From: a phage | Sequence record: AF056268.1 | Length of the DNA: 351 bases | Strand: one strand, 5' to 3' | Shown here: piece by piece, positions 1-351 of the stretch | Numbering within the stretch: the first letter of the stretch is position 1 | Layout: every line of letters begins with the position of its first letter | The notes under the pieces: model-generated | Databases searched by the model: none | The model's input: the letters and a program-made list of their open reading frames with translations, nothing else | What the model was told of the DNA's origin: nothing | Program-made: the position numbers and the translations under genes

Positions 1-70
1 GTTATACATCCAAATNAATCCGCCGCCGTCTTCTTACCTAGATTAAGAGTAACAATTCAACGCCTTACCT

Positions 71-78
71 AAAGGAGG
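71..78 (+). promoter_or_regulatory. Ribosome-binding site (Shine-Dalgarno) for the 83..331 ORF
   Basis: AAAGGAGG is complementary to the 3' end of 16S rRNA (anti-SD CCUCC). The spacer to the ATG at 83 is 4 nt (AAAT), which is short but within the functional range. This is the strongest SD-like motif in the window. Confidence 0.7.
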
Positions 79-82
79 AAAT

Positions 83-331
83 ATGGCAAATGATGTATTA
101 GTACCAGATCTTATGTCCCCTGAAGGGATGGATGTGATTGAAGCTCTAGTTCTTTTACTTGTCGTTATGATTGCGACTTTGAAGGTGAAGATGAATAATT
201 TAGATCCTAGAATTAAATTTGCAATTACAGAAATCCGAGATCTAATTGATGAGGACTTCACTGTTTGGTCNAGGTCTGGTANTGGAGAATATTGCCAGCT
301 TTATAGCATGAAAATGGGTATCTCNNTTTGA
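83..331 (+). CDS. Hypothetical small protein (82 aa), possibly a single-pass membrane protein; family not recognised
   Basis: ATG at 83 is the first start after an in-frame TAA at 50..52, and the frame is open to TGA at 329..331. A strong SD (AAAGGAGG, 71..78) lies 4 nt upstream of the ATG. I re-derived the translation by hand and it matches the supplied track. Two of the four X residues are determinate: codons 269..271 and 323..325 are TCN, which is Ser for any N. Codon 281..283 (ANT) is N/T/S/I and codon 326..328 (NTT) is I/L/V/F. Residues 1-20 carry five acidic and no basic residues, residues 21-33 ([13 protein letters not shown]) are uncharged and hydrophobic, and residues 34-45 carry K34, K36, R43, K45. 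Confidence 0.6.
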   Translation: [82 protein letters not shown]

Positions 332-351
332 ACTTAATATCCCTCNGAAGC

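Noticed and set aside
1-60. Candidate sigma-A promoter hexamers (TTATAC 2..7, TTCTTA 31..36, TAACAA 50..55)
   Set aside because: No pair combines a reasonable -35 with a -10 at 16-19 bp spacing; TTCTTA to TAACAA is only 13 bp. Each matches the consensus at 3-4 of 6 positions. I cannot support a promoter call from the sequence.
106-243. Recurrent AGATC-containing motifs: AGATCT at 106..111 and 238..243, GATC at 203..206, and short inverted repeats around 197..219
   Set aside because: Three GATC in 351 bp is near chance (about 1.4 expected). The motifs are short, AT-rich and lie inside coding sequence. No extended stem or repeat-spacer periodicity is present, so there is no basis for calling a regulatory or CRISPR-like element.
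43-261. 72-aa ORF on the minus strand, antisense to the main ORF
   Set aside because: It begins with GTG (complement of CAC at 259..261), not ATG. There is no SD-like sequence upstream on the minus strand (no CCTCC on the + strand in 262..280). The product is Ser/Thr/Ile/Arg-rich, as expected for the antisense of an AT-rich coding region. It lies almost entirely within the better-supported + strand ORF, so it is most likely a shadow ORF.
191-331. Internal in-frame ATG at 191 (M37), preceded by AAGGTG at 182..187, as an alternative start giving a 46-aa product without the hydrophobic segment
   Set aside because: The SD-like motif is weaker and the spacer is only 3 nt. The upstream ATG at 83 has a much stronger RBS and is the first start after an in-frame stop. 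Internal initiation cannot be excluded, but nothing supports it. The other in-frame ATGs at 113, 128 and 167 have no usable SD.
332-351. Possible intrinsic terminator downstream of the stop codon
   Set aside because: Only 20 nt follow the stop, with two ambiguous bases nearby. No GC-rich inverted repeat or T-tract is visible, and the window is too short to judge either way.

Overview
This is a 351-bp, low-GC fragment (about 38% G+C by my hand count) with six ambiguous bases (N at 16, 271, 282, 325, 326, 346), which suggests read-level quality. It contains one complete small ORF on the + strand (83..331, 82 aa, TGA stop), preceded by a canonical Firmicutes-type Shine-Dalgarno AAAGGAGG (71..78) and bounded upstream by an in-frame TAA (50..52). 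The predicted protein has an acidic N-terminus, one hydrophobic helix-length segment, a basic stretch right after it, and a mixed/acidic C-terminal tail. This fits a small single-pass membrane protein, but I do not recognise the family by eye. There is no convincing promoter, terminator, RNA gene, CRISPR repeat or mobile-element end in the window. The 82 bp upstream may hold the last codons of an upstream gene, which would mean an operon arrangement. Nothing in the window establishes a novel system on its own; the small ORF is the only candidate, and its function cannot be assigned from sequence alone. The fragment could also be a non-bacterial single-pass read, which a database search would settle.
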